NCBI GenBank assembly: GCA_963708295.1
Contig: CAVPSJ010000004.1
Span: 64,001 to 128,000, forward strand
Reading direction: 5' to 3'
Length of the DNA stretch: 64,000 nt
Source: an uncultured delta proteobacterium
Lineage (GTDB): Bacteria; Desulfobacterota; BSN033; UBA1163
Shown here: positions 9,651-18,253 of the stretch, one piece after another
How positions within the stretch are numbered: position 1 is the stretch's first letter
Layout: every line of letters begins with the position of its first letter
Position numbers and translations under genes: made by a program
Notes under the pieces: model-generated
What the model was told of the DNA's origin: nothing
The model's input: the letters and a program-made list of their open reading frames with translations, nothing else
The model's database searches: none

Positions 9651-10598
9651 GTGCTTAAGAAATTTGCAGCATACGTCGTTTTCAACCTGTTTGACTTAGA
9701 GCCGGGCACCCATCTCGGTGAGGCGATCAACTTCTTTATTTATGACACCATGAAGGTATTCATCCTGCTGATCGTGATCATTTTCTTTGTGGCCATTATC
9801 CGCTCCTATTTTCCGCCGGAAAGAACACGGCGCATTCTTTCGCGAAAACGTCAGTATCTCGGCAATGGCCTCGCGGGGCTTCTGGGCATTGTTACACCTT
9901 TTTGCTCCTGTTCCGCAGTCCCTCTTTTCATCGGCTTTGTCGAATCGGGAGTACCTCTCGGGGTCACTTTTTCTTTCCTCATCTCCTCTCCAATGATCAA
10001 TGAGGTTGCCCTGGTTCTCCTCTTGGGACTCTTCGGCTTGAAGATCGCCTTGCTTTATGTAGGGACGGGTTTGCTTGTCTCCATCATCGCCGGCATCGCC
10101 ATTGGGAAACTGAGGATGGAAAAATATGTACAAGACTATATCTACCAGATGAAAGTAGGAAGCGCTGAAATCCCTCAACAGAAGTTCAGAGAAAAGATTG
10201 TGTATGCAAGAGACTATACGAAAGATTTGTTAAAACGGATCTGGCCCTATGTCCTCATTGGCATTGGTGTGGGTGGCTTCATACATGGTTACGTACCCTC
10301 GGACTTCCTGGTCAAGTACGCAGGGCCCGACAACCCCTTTGCTGTTCCTGTAGCGGTCTTGATCGGCGTTCCTCTTTACAGTAATGCCGCCGGAACCATC
10401 CCGATCGTTCAAGCGCTAATGGGAAAAGGGATGCCCATTGGCACGGTGTTGGCCTTTATGATGGCGGTCACCGCGCTTTCTTTTCCTGAAGCGGTCATAT
10501 TGAAGAATGTACTGAAGATGCGGCTTCTCTTAATCTTCTTTGGTATTGTCGCCGCAGCCATTGTCGCAGTGGGCTACCTTTTTAATGCTATCTTGTAA
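9651..10598 (+). CDS. arsP: ArsP/DUF318 permease
   Basis: TPFCSCSAVPLF, FLISSPMINE and GVPLYSNAAG motifs; hydrophobic. Confidence 0.88.
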   Translation: MLKKFAAYVVFNLFDLEPGTHLGEAINFFIYDTMKVFILLIVIIFFVAIIRSYFPPERTRRILSRKRQYLGNGLAGLLGIVTPFCSCSAVPLFIGFVESGVPLGVTFSFLISSPMINEVALVLLLGLFGLKIALLYVGTGLLVSIIAGIAIGKLRMEKYVQDYIYQMKVGSAEIPQQKFREKIVYARDYTKDLLKRIWPYVLIGIGVGGFIHGYVPSDFLVKYAGPDNPFAVPVAVLIGVPLYSNAAGTIPIVQALMGKGMPIGTVLAFMMAVTALSFPEAVILKNVLKMRLLLIFFGIVAAAIVAVGYLFNAIL

Positions 10599-10625
10599 AT
10601 TATCCAAACTGGAGAGGAGACAGAA

Positions 10626-10856
10626 ATGAAAATTGAAGTGTTAGGGATGGGCTGTGCAAATTGCAATAAACTGTACGAAAATGCTCTTGAGGCGGTCAAG
10701 CTAAGCGGGAAAGAGGTTGAAGTTGGCAAGGTTGAAGACATCAAAAAGATCATGGGCTATGGCGTCCTATCCACACCGGCCCTGGTGATAGACGGCGTGG
10801 TGAAAGTGGCGGGAAAGGTTCCAAAAGTAGAAGAGATTAAGGGTTGGATTAAATAA
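10626..10856 (+). CDS. Small thioredoxin-like protein (MTH895/redox-active disulfide protein 2)
   Basis: GCANC, YGVLSTPALVIDG. Confidence 0.9.
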   Translation: MKIEVLGMGCANCNKLYENALEAVKLSGKEVEVGKVEDIKKIMGYGVLSTPALVIDGVVKVAGKVPKVEEIKGWIK

Positions 10857-10857
10857 G

Positions 10858-11007
10858 CCCCGTTAGAAAGTTTTCTACTCTCTAACGGGAAGGTTTACAC
10901 GGGGCATTAAACCCTGTGTTCCCTCGTTTAGAGATAAATCTCTAATGGGGTTCGATCAAAAAAATAGTCTTTATCCCCGCGACAAGCGGCGGGGCTCTCT
11001 AACGGGG
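10858..11007. mobile_element. MITE-like element, copy 1 (CCCCGTTAGA...TCTAACGGGG)
   Basis: Terminal inverted repeats shared with copies at 13928 and 37708; internal nested hairpins. Confidence 0.75.
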
Positions 11008-11024
11008 TAAAGAGAGGGGAAAAA

Positions 11025-11411
11025 ATGGATGGAAAATGCCTTTGTGAACCGAATGAAATTTTGATTTTTTCTTGCGCCGGCAGCTCCAATGTCGGCCAGA
11101 TCGCCAATCAAGCTGCTGTTAGACTGGCCCAAGAGGGTGTCGGAAGGTATTTCTGTCTTGCAGGGATCGGGGGCCATGTCAGTGGGATGATCGAATCGAC
11201 TAAAGCAGGCAAGATGTTAATCGCCATTGATGGCTGCCCCGTGGGGTGCGGCAAGAAAACCCTGGAGCACGCGGGTTTCAATATCGATGAATATGTCCAG
11301 GTCACCGAGCTGGGTTTTGAGAAAAACCATGATTTGAACGTTTTCGGTCCTGACGTTGGGAAAGTGAGGGATCACGTGACATCCCTCGTTTCAAAAAGGA
11401 GAGGCATCTGA
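11025..11411 (+). CDS. DGC domain putative zinc-binding protein
   Basis: FSCAGSSNVGQ, FCLAGIG, IAIDGCPVGC. Confidence 0.9.
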   Translation: MDGKCLCEPNEILIFSCAGSSNVGQIANQAAVRLAQEGVGRYFCLAGIGGHVSGMIESTKAGKMLIAIDGCPVGCGKKTLEHAGFNIDEYVQVTELGFEKNHDLNVFGPDVGKVRDHVTSLVSKRRGI

Positions 11412-11496
11412 GGCAAAGCTCAGGTCGATATGGAAGAAAAAGCGCCTCTCATATGTCGGATTTTCTGATAATTAGACTCAAAGGAGGAAACACACC

Positions 11497-12099
11497 ATGT
11501 TAGACAAAGAATTGTTGGGGTTCGGACAGAAATTTCACGGACACAAATGCCCGGCGATGCCGATGGGCCTGCGGGCTGGTTTGGCTGCCATGGGAAAGCT
11601 TGGAGTGAAGCATGCTCCTGATGGTCAATTGGAAGCGATTCTGGAACTGGATGAAGAGCACTGTGCGACCTGCTTCGCGGACGGCGTTCAGGTTGCGACT
11701 GGCTGCACTTACGGCAAAGGGAATATCAAGCGCCTTGGTTACGGGAAATGGGGCCTGACTCTGATCGATAAGAGGACCAAGCGAGCCGTGAGAGTCGTTC
11801 CGAAGACCGAAGCCATGATGAAGAATAAGCAGTCTAAATTCATGGAACTGCGTAAATCCGGCACACCTGCCTCACAGGTCCCCGCAGAGATTGCCGATCC
11901 GCTAGTGGAAATGGTTTCCAATGCTCCTGATGAGATGCTTCTCAAGATCGGAGAAGTTTTCCTCTACGAGTTGAAGGAATCGGCGCACACGTTTGAATCG
12001 GTAGTCTGCGACCAGTGTGGTGAGATGGTGGTTGAACGTAATGCCCGGTTAAAGGAAGGGAAAGTCGTCTGCATTCCCTGCTCAGGTTACGAGGACTGA
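11497..12099 (+). CDS. FmdE family protein with C-terminal zinc finger
   Basis: FHGHKCPAMPMG, CFADGVQVATGCTYGKGN, CDQCGE...CIPC. Confidence 0.9.
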   Translation: MLDKELLGFGQKFHGHKCPAMPMGLRAGLAAMGKLGVKHAPDGQLEAILELDEEHCATCFADGVQVATGCTYGKGNIKRLGYGKWGLTLIDKRTKRAVRVVPKTEAMMKNKQSKFMELRKSGTPASQVPAEIADPLVEMVSNAPDEMLLKIGEVFLYELKESAHTFESVVCDQCGEMVVERNARLKEGKVVCIPCSGYED

Positions 12100-12165
12100 G
12101 AAACATGGGAAGCTTCGCTCTTGAAGCCTCCCATGAATGTGTTGTTTACAAGGCAGGAGATTTCA

Positions 12166-12915
12166 ATGACTACGATCATTATTGCGTCGATTTTGGTTCT
12201 CCTGTTCACGACGGTATTAACCATTGCTGGTGTAGGAGCAGCGTTTATCATTATCCCCACCTTCTATTGGTTAGGCATACCTCTCAAAGAAGCGATGGCC
12301 GTGGCCTTGCTTCTGAATACCTTCAGCATGGTCTTTGCCTCGGCGAATTACATCCGTCGCAAGCTGGTGGTTTTCCAAACGGCAATTCCTATTATCGTCC
12401 TTGCCATCATCTTTTCACCCCTCGGCGCTTATTCAACCAGGTTCTTCCCAGAAAAGGTGCTATTGGGTCTCTTTATTGCCTTTCTGGTCTTCGCAGGTTC
12501 CATGATGTTATTTTATCGCCCAAAACAAAAAGTTCCGTCAGAATCGGTCAGGAAGGAATTGGTATCAGGTATCGCGACCGGGACCTTTGCTGGATATCTC
12601 GGAGGATTGCTCGGCGTGGGAGGAGGGAACTTCATCGTCCCCGCTCTGGTTTGGCTGGGATTTGATCCGAAGAAGGCATCAGCGACAACCGCTTTCATTG
12701 TGATTTTTTCTTCATTAAGCGGCTTTTTGGGTCATGCCACGACGGGCCATGTGAATTTGACCCTCCTTTCGTTCTCAGCCATCGGTTCCATTGCCGGAGC
12801 ACTGATAGGCTCCTGGCTCATGACCGAGAAGCTCCAAAGCAAACATGTGAAAATGATCATCGGGATAGTTCTCTATGGGATTGCCATCAAAATGGCATGG
12901 GGGGGCATTTTCTAA
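12166..12915 (+). CDS. TauE/SafE (TSUP) family transporter
   Basis: GVGAA...GLLGVGGG duplicated motif; multiple TM segments. Confidence 0.88.
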   Translation: MTTIIIASILVLLFTTVLTIAGVGAAFIIIPTFYWLGIPLKEAMAVALLLNTFSMVFASANYIRRKLVVFQTAIPIIVLAIIFSPLGAYSTRFFPEKVLLGLFIAFLVFAGSMMLFYRPKQKVPSESVRKELVSGIATGTFAGYLGGLLGVGGGNFIVPALVWLGFDPKKASATTAFIVIFSSLSGFLGHATTGHVNLTLLSFSAIGSIAGALIGSWLMTEKLQSKHVKMIIGIVLYGIAIKMAWGGIF

Positions 12916-13073
12916 TTCTAAAAAGATGCGAGAAGAACATAATTTACTATAACACAGGAATTTATCCTTGATGATACAGGATGATCCTGCCTGGAGATTC
13001 ACAGCTTACTGGAAATGTTTAAAATGGATTGGGATTCAAAATTCACTCAGCGACATTCTGCAGGGAGGAAACG

Positions 13074-13676
13074 ATGGACGACAGAGATATCTTGATGGAC
13101 GCACTGAAGTTTCATGGGCACAAATGCTGGGCAAGCGTGGCCGGCGTGCGTGTCGGGTTAGCAGCGGTGCGGACGTTGGGCGTGAAACGTGCTGGCGGCA
13201 CGCAGCTTTTCGGCATCGTGGAAATCGGAGAAGACCACGGCGGAATGTGCTTTGGCGATGGCGTGCAATATACCACCGGCTGCACCTTTGGTAAAGGTAA
13301 TATTCGTAAGGAGCCCTATGGCAAGCTCGCCCTCACGCTGATTGATAAAGCCACAAACCGATCTGTTCGCGTCAGTTACAAGGCCACGCTGCAAAAGCAA
13401 ATTGGGGAATCCGCTTTTATGCGCAAACGAGGCCTTGGCGTCATGCCGGATGAAATTCCGATTGAAGAACAGATGGAGCTGGTGAACCTCGTCTGGGATG
13501 CACCCGAAGCGGACATCCTCACCATCGGCGAGGTGGCCACGTACAAAGGAGAATGGTTCCCCGAGTTGATGGGTTTTAAGCCGTGTGCAGGCTGCGGTGA
13601 GCTCACCGCCCATGCGTACCTCCGCGTGGTGGGCGACAAGTACGTCTGTATCCCGTGCTCGGGCTACGACCGCTAA
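13074..13676 (+). CDS. FmdE family protein (second paralog)
   Basis: FHGHKCWAS, CFGDGVQYTTGCTFGKGN, CAGCGE...CIPC. Confidence 0.88.
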   Translation: MDDRDILMDALKFHGHKCWASVAGVRVGLAAVRTLGVKRAGGTQLFGIVEIGEDHGGMCFGDGVQYTTGCTFGKGNIRKEPYGKLALTLIDKATNRSVRVSYKATLQKQIGESAFMRKRGLGVMPDEIPIEEQMELVNLVWDAPEADILTIGEVATYKGEWFPELMGFKPCAGCGELTAHAYLRVVGDKYVCIPCSGYDR

Positions 13677-13723
13677 TTGCAACTACTTTTTCTTGACGCG
13701 ACGAATCGGAGGGAGGAGACAGG

Positions 13724-13936
13724 TTGAATATCAAGAAGGTTGTGCTAACTCTTTACCCTGAGGAAACCCTGAGGCTTACGAGAATCCTTCTTGGCGAAGA
13801 CAAAGACGAAGCTCTCGCATTCCTTAAGGAATGTCTGAAGCCTCAATTTGATCACGCAACCCGGGATCATTGAGTGCCGGTCTTTGAGGCTTCGTATAAG
13901 CCTTCTCAAAAGGACACCTTCGGTAAGCCCCGTTAG
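13724..13936 (+). CDS. Small putative selenoprotein (70 aa, Sec at codon 50, ...RDHUVPVFEASY...)
   Basis: GGAGG RBS plus TTG start; in-frame TGA 13871-13873 followed by hairpin TTTGAGGCTT-CGTAT-AAGCCTTCTCAAA; similarity to the downstream paralog continues past the TGA. Confidence 0.7.
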
Positions 13937-14021
13937 AAATTCCGGCGGGACGTTAATCTCCACAGGAATTATTCTAAAATTTAACGCCCTTCAGAGCAGC
14001 GGGACATTCTTTCTAACGGGG
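13928..14021. mobile_element. MITE-like element, copy 2
   Basis: CCCCGTTAGAAA...TTTCTAACGGGG ends; interior similar to the 37708 copy; supplies the stop codon of the upstream gene. Confidence 0.8.
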
Positions 14022-14047
14022 TAAACATCAGCAGTCGGAGGGGAGAA

Positions 14048-14221
14048 ATGGCGAACGAACCAATCATACTCAAATTGACTCCTGAAGATGTTCTAAGACT
14101 CACCAGGATCCTTCTCGACGAGGATAAGGAAGAGGCCGTTCTGTTTCTCAAACAATGTCTCAAACCTCAAATCGATCAGGCTGCAAGAGGCCATTTAATT
14201 CGTTCTTTCGAAGGTCCCTAA
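14048..14221 (+). CDS. Small hypothetical protein (57 aa), paralog of 13724-13936
   Basis: MANEPIILKLTPEDVLRLTRILLDEDKEEAVLFLKQCLKPQIDQAARGHLIRSFEGP; RBS present; below the ORF-track cutoff. Confidence 0.75.
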   Translation: MANEPIILKLTPEDVLRLTRILLDEDKEEAVLFLKQCLKPQIDQAARGHLIRSFEGP

Positions 14222-14245
14222 TGCCCCCACAGGAGAGGAGAACCG

Positions 14246-14644
14246 ATGAAGAAGGGAAATGTACTATTTTTGACGTTACTGATCTTCACGATCTTGGCCT
14301 TTTCCTATCAAGCCACTTTCTCAGAGCCTTCCATAGACCAACGGTTTCCAAAAAAAATTGCCCAAAGTCCTCTTCCGAAGCTCCTGGATTTTGGGAGGGG
14401 TATTTGCATTCCCTGTAAGAAGATGGCTCCCGTTCTTCAAGAATTGTCCGAGGAGTATAAAGGCAGGGTCATCATTGAAATAATTGAAATTGACAGGGAA
14501 AAGGAGCTTACCCGGACAAACCGGATCCGCCTTATTCCGACACAAATCTTCTTTGATTCAAAAAATAAGGAGGTTTTCCGGCATGAGGGGTTTATGGACA
14601 AAGAGGCAATCAAGAAAGTTTTCCAGCAAATGGGAGTTCAATGA
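14246..14644 (+). CDS. Exported thioredoxin family protein
   Basis: N-terminal hydrophobic segment, CIPC, IPTQIFFD...RHEGF. Confidence 0.9.
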   Translation: MKKGNVLFLTLLIFTILAFSYQATFSEPSIDQRFPKKIAQSPLPKLLDFGRGICIPCKKMAPVLQELSEEYKGRVIIEIIEIDREKELTRTNRIRLIPTQIFFDSKNKEVFRHEGFMDKEAIKKVFQQMGVQ

Positions 14645-14647
14645 CCC

Positions 14648-15344
14648 ATGGAAACCCTCATTAACCATCTCTCGCAATCACTTACGGAAAACCCTCTTCT
14701 TGCCTATCTCGGTGTTTTCCTGGGAGGGATTCTCTCCTCTTCAAGTCCCTGCGTCCTGGCCACCATCCCATTGGTAATCGGCTACGTGGGAGGCTATTCA
14801 GAGGGAAACCGGCGTAAAGCTCTTTTATACTCCCTTGCCTTCATCTTTGGTCTCTCTCTCACATTTACAGTATTAGGAGCTATTGCATCCGTGATCGGAG
14901 GCCTCTTCGGGATAATCAGCCGCACCTGGTACTTCGTTGTGGGCGGAATCGCTGTTGCCATCGGTCTTCAATTGGTCGGGCTTTATGAATTCAACCTTCC
15001 TACTCCCGGTCACCTTCAACCCAAACAGAGGGGTTTATTGGGAGCATTCATCCTTGGTCTCATCTTCGGTATTGTGTCCTCACCCTGTGCGACTCCGATA
15101 TTGGCTTTGATTCTGACCTTTGTTGCCACAAAGGGTGAAGATCGTTTACGGAACTTCGTTATTGTTTATTTATGCTCTCGGCCACTGCGCCCTGATCTTT
15201 TTGGCTGGGACGGCAACAGGTTTTGCTGAAAGTTTCATCAAGTCAAAAGGGATCTCAAATCTCGCCACCTGGGGGAAAAGGATCGGGGGCTCAATCGTCG
15301 TCCTGGTGGGAGTTTATATGTTTTATTTAGGGATCACGCTTTAG
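14648..15344 (+). CDS. ccdA: CcdA/DsbD-type disulfide transporter (frameshift near 15140)
   Basis: SSPCVLATIP and SSPCATP motifs; C-terminus continues in ORF 15120-15344. Confidence 0.85.
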
Positions 15345-15355
15345 TCAGGGTCAAA

Positions 15356-15892
15356 ATGTTACTCAATTCATACAAAATCACACGGACGCTTCCCTGCTTG
15401 GCCGATCCTGAGAAGATCCGGGTGATTGCAGAAATATCGGATGAAATCCATGAGGTATTTCCTTATCTGAATGCCACCCTCAAAGGATGTATCTACAATC
15501 ATCCGGCTTTGACATTAACCATTAAAAAGGACGGAAAATTGTTCACCCTCCACGCACACCATATTACGTTAGCCAAAATAGAAGATGAGAAGGAAGCCGA
15601 GGAGATTCTGGGATGGTTGAAGAATCTGATTAACGAAACATATGAGAAACGAGATCGGATCGAGCCCAACTTTTCCAAGGGTGCGGAGCTGAAGGCATTG
15701 GATATTTTTAAACTCCTCCCCGGGACAAATTGCAGAAAATGCGGCGAACCGACCTGCCTTGCCTTTGCTGTCAGATTGGTTGGCCAGGAGATTGACGTTA
15801 TGAAATGCATCCCCCTCTTTTCAGAAAAGTATCAGGAGAAGCGTAAAGTGCTGTCCGAGCTGCTTCATGCCGCGGGATACAAAATAGATTGA
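15356..15892 (+). CDS. (Fe-S)-binding protein with C-terminal FeS domain
   Basis: LPCLADP, FPYLNA, LLPGTNCRKCGEPTCLAFA...C. Confidence 0.85.
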   Translation: MLLNSYKITRTLPCLADPEKIRVIAEISDEIHEVFPYLNATLKGCIYNHPALTLTIKKDGKLFTLHAHHITLAKIEDEKEAEEILGWLKNLINETYEKRDRIEPNFSKGAELKALDIFKLLPGTNCRKCGEPTCLAFAVRLVGQEIDVMKCIPLFSEKYQEKRKVLSELLHAAGYKID

Positions 15893-15910
15893 TAAAGGAG
15901 GATCCTGAAG

Positions 15911-17006
15911 ATGGCTGAGGAACAAACTGCTCGAAAACTCTCTTTCCTGGATCGGTTTCTGACGTTGTGGATTTTTCTCGCGATGCTTGTCGGTGTGGGC
16001 TGGGGCTATCTCTTTCCGGGTGTGGTCGGCTTCTGGAATCAATTTCAGGTGGGAACGACCAATATCCCCATTGCCATCGGGCTCATTCTGATGATGTATC
16101 CACCGCTGGCTAAAGTGAGATACGAGAAACTGGGCCAGGTATTCCGGGATTTCAAGGTGCTGGGTTTGTCCCTGGTTCAGAACTGGATCATTGGGCCCAT
16201 CCTCATGTTCCTTCTCGCCATTACCTTTCTTTCCGGATACCACGAATACATGGTCGGCTTGATTTTGATCGGGCTGGCCAGATGCATCGCCATGGTCATC
16301 GTTTGGAATGACCTAGCCTCCGGAGACAGAGAATACTGCGCCGGACTTGTGGCCTTCAATTCGATCTTTCAAGTCCTTTTCTTCTCAGTTTATGCCTACA
16401 TATTCATTACCGTCCTGCCACCCTGGCTGGGACTGAAGGGAATGGCGGTCAAGATCACGATCGGTCAGATCGCAGAGAGCGTCTTCATTTATTTAGGGAT
16501 TCCTTTCATCGCTGGTGTCCTTTCGAGGATCATCGGCCTCAAGACGCTTGGACGGGAATGGTACGAGGAGAAATTCATCCCCAAGATCAGTCCAATCACC
16601 TTGATTGCCCTCCTCTTTACGATCCTGGTTATGTTCTCCCTAAAAGGAGAATTCATTGTTCAGCTTCCACTCCATGTCGTCCGGGTGGCGATTCCATTAT
16701 TCATCTACTTCGTGGTCATGTTCTTTGTCTCCTTCTACTTGTCGATGAAGGTGGGGGCCACTTACGAACAGTCCACCACACTCAGCTTCACCGCAGCCTC
16801 GAACAACTTTGAACTGGCTATTGCCGTGGCAGTGGCAGTATTTGGAGTCAATTCCGGCCAGGCCTTTGCTGCCGTCATCGGTCCTCTCTTGGAGGTCCCT
16901 GTTTTGATCAGTCTGGTCAACGTGGCCCTCTGGTTTAAGAAGAAAATATTTCCCCTATGCGGTGGAAACTCCGACCGGGGTCTGTCATGTGACCTGCGAA
17001 CCATGA
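15911..17006 (+). CDS. acr3: Acr3 family arsenite efflux transporter
   Basis: [49 protein letters not shown]; probable frameshift in the C-terminal A-run. Confidence 0.95.
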
Positions 17007-17060
17007 AGGAGATGGACCAGAAAAATAGGAGTCATATCAGCACTGAAGGAGGAATATTTC

Positions 17061-17625
17061 ATGGTTGAAAAAGACGTAACCTTTAAAGTTATTTGTTGTA
17101 CCGACACTTCCGACTGTTGCAAGCCTGTACAGGAGGATAAGTCTGAGCGGAGGAAAATAGAGATCGATTTTCTGTACCTGGATCTAAGCGTCTGCACAAG
17201 GTGCCAGGGTACGGATAACAGCTTGGACGAAGCGATTGCAGAGGTCTCACAAATCCTCAAAGCTACGGATGTCGACGTGGTAGTGAACAAGATTAATGTG
17301 ACAACTGAGGAGCAGGCGGAAGCCTTACAGTTTGAGAGCTCGCCGACTATCCGTGTCAACGGGAGAGACATCCAGCTGGAGTGAAGGAGAGCCTCTGTGA
17401 ATCCTGTGGAGACCTGTGCGGAGATGAGGTGGACTGCAGGGTCTGGGTCTACCACGGGAAGGAATACACCGTCTCCTCCTAAAGCCATGATTATCGAAGC
17501 TATTCTACGCGAAGTTTACGGGAGTCCTCGTGACAAGGCAGGAGGTAAATAAGAAAGGTTACCGATTGCCGGACAACCTCAGGAAGTTTTTTGCGTCAAT
17601 GCATGGGAAACAAGGAGCAGAATAA
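17061..17625 (+). CDS. DUF2703 thioredoxin-like protein (frameshifted)
   Basis: [26 protein letters not shown], then [12 protein letters not shown]...DCRVWVY in the shifted frame. Confidence 0.8.
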
Positions 17626-17685
17626 TCAGGTTAGCCTTTGTTCTGAGACCCCAATCTCCCACCAAGTCAGGAGGTGTGAATCCTT

Positions 17686-18090
17686 ATGAAGAAGCAACCG
17701 AAAACGATTGCGTTCATCTGTGTTGAAAATGCCCGGCGAAGTCAAATGGCACAAGGGTTTGCTGAAGCCCTTGGAAAAGGGAAAGTAGAGGTTTACAGCG
17801 CGGGCTCACGTCCCTCTTCTCAGATCGATCCACTGGTCATCGAGGTCATGAAAGAGAAAGGAATTGATCTCTCCGGCAAACGCCCAAAAGGGCTGAATGA
17901 TCTTCCTCCTATCGAGATGGATTATCTCGTTACGATGGGGTGCGAGGAAACCTGCCCAGCCGTCCTGGCGAAAAAGATCATCGAGTGGGAAATCCCCGAT
18001 CCCAAAGGAAAGCCCATTGATGAAGTCCGGAGGATCAGGGATGTGTTGGAGGCGAAAGTAAAAATGCTTCTTGAAGAGGTCGAATCGTGA
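17686..18090 (+). CDS. arsC: Arsenate reductase, LMW-PTP family
   Basis: FICVENARRSQMA, TMGCEETCP, WEIPDPKG. Confidence 0.9.
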   Translation: MKKQPKTIAFICVENARRSQMAQGFAEALGKGKVEVYSAGSRPSSQIDPLVIEVMKEKGIDLSGKRPKGLNDLPPIEMDYLVTMGCEETCPAVLAKKIIEWEIPDPKGKPIDEVRRIRDVLEAKVKMLLEEVES

Positions 18091-18253
18091 GAAGATTTTT
18101 GGAGAGGTCAACGGCCCCAGCTTCATCTGCAATATGCTGTCTACCTGAATGAAAGTTTACTCATTGAGAAAGGAGGGGAATGACGGATCAGAGGGGTCAT
18201 GAAGGCATTGCAGCTGCTGGATGAAAAATTACTCGAAGAAAGGGAGGTTGTAA

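Noticed and set aside
15356-15892. HgcA/HgcB mercury methylation genes
   Set aside because: No NVWCAAGK cap-helix motif or HgcB-type ferredoxin; it is a generic FeS-domain protein
17382-17384. UGA as selenocysteine in the DUF2703 gene
   Set aside because: Homology continues in a different frame (VKESLCESC), so this is a missing base, not read-through
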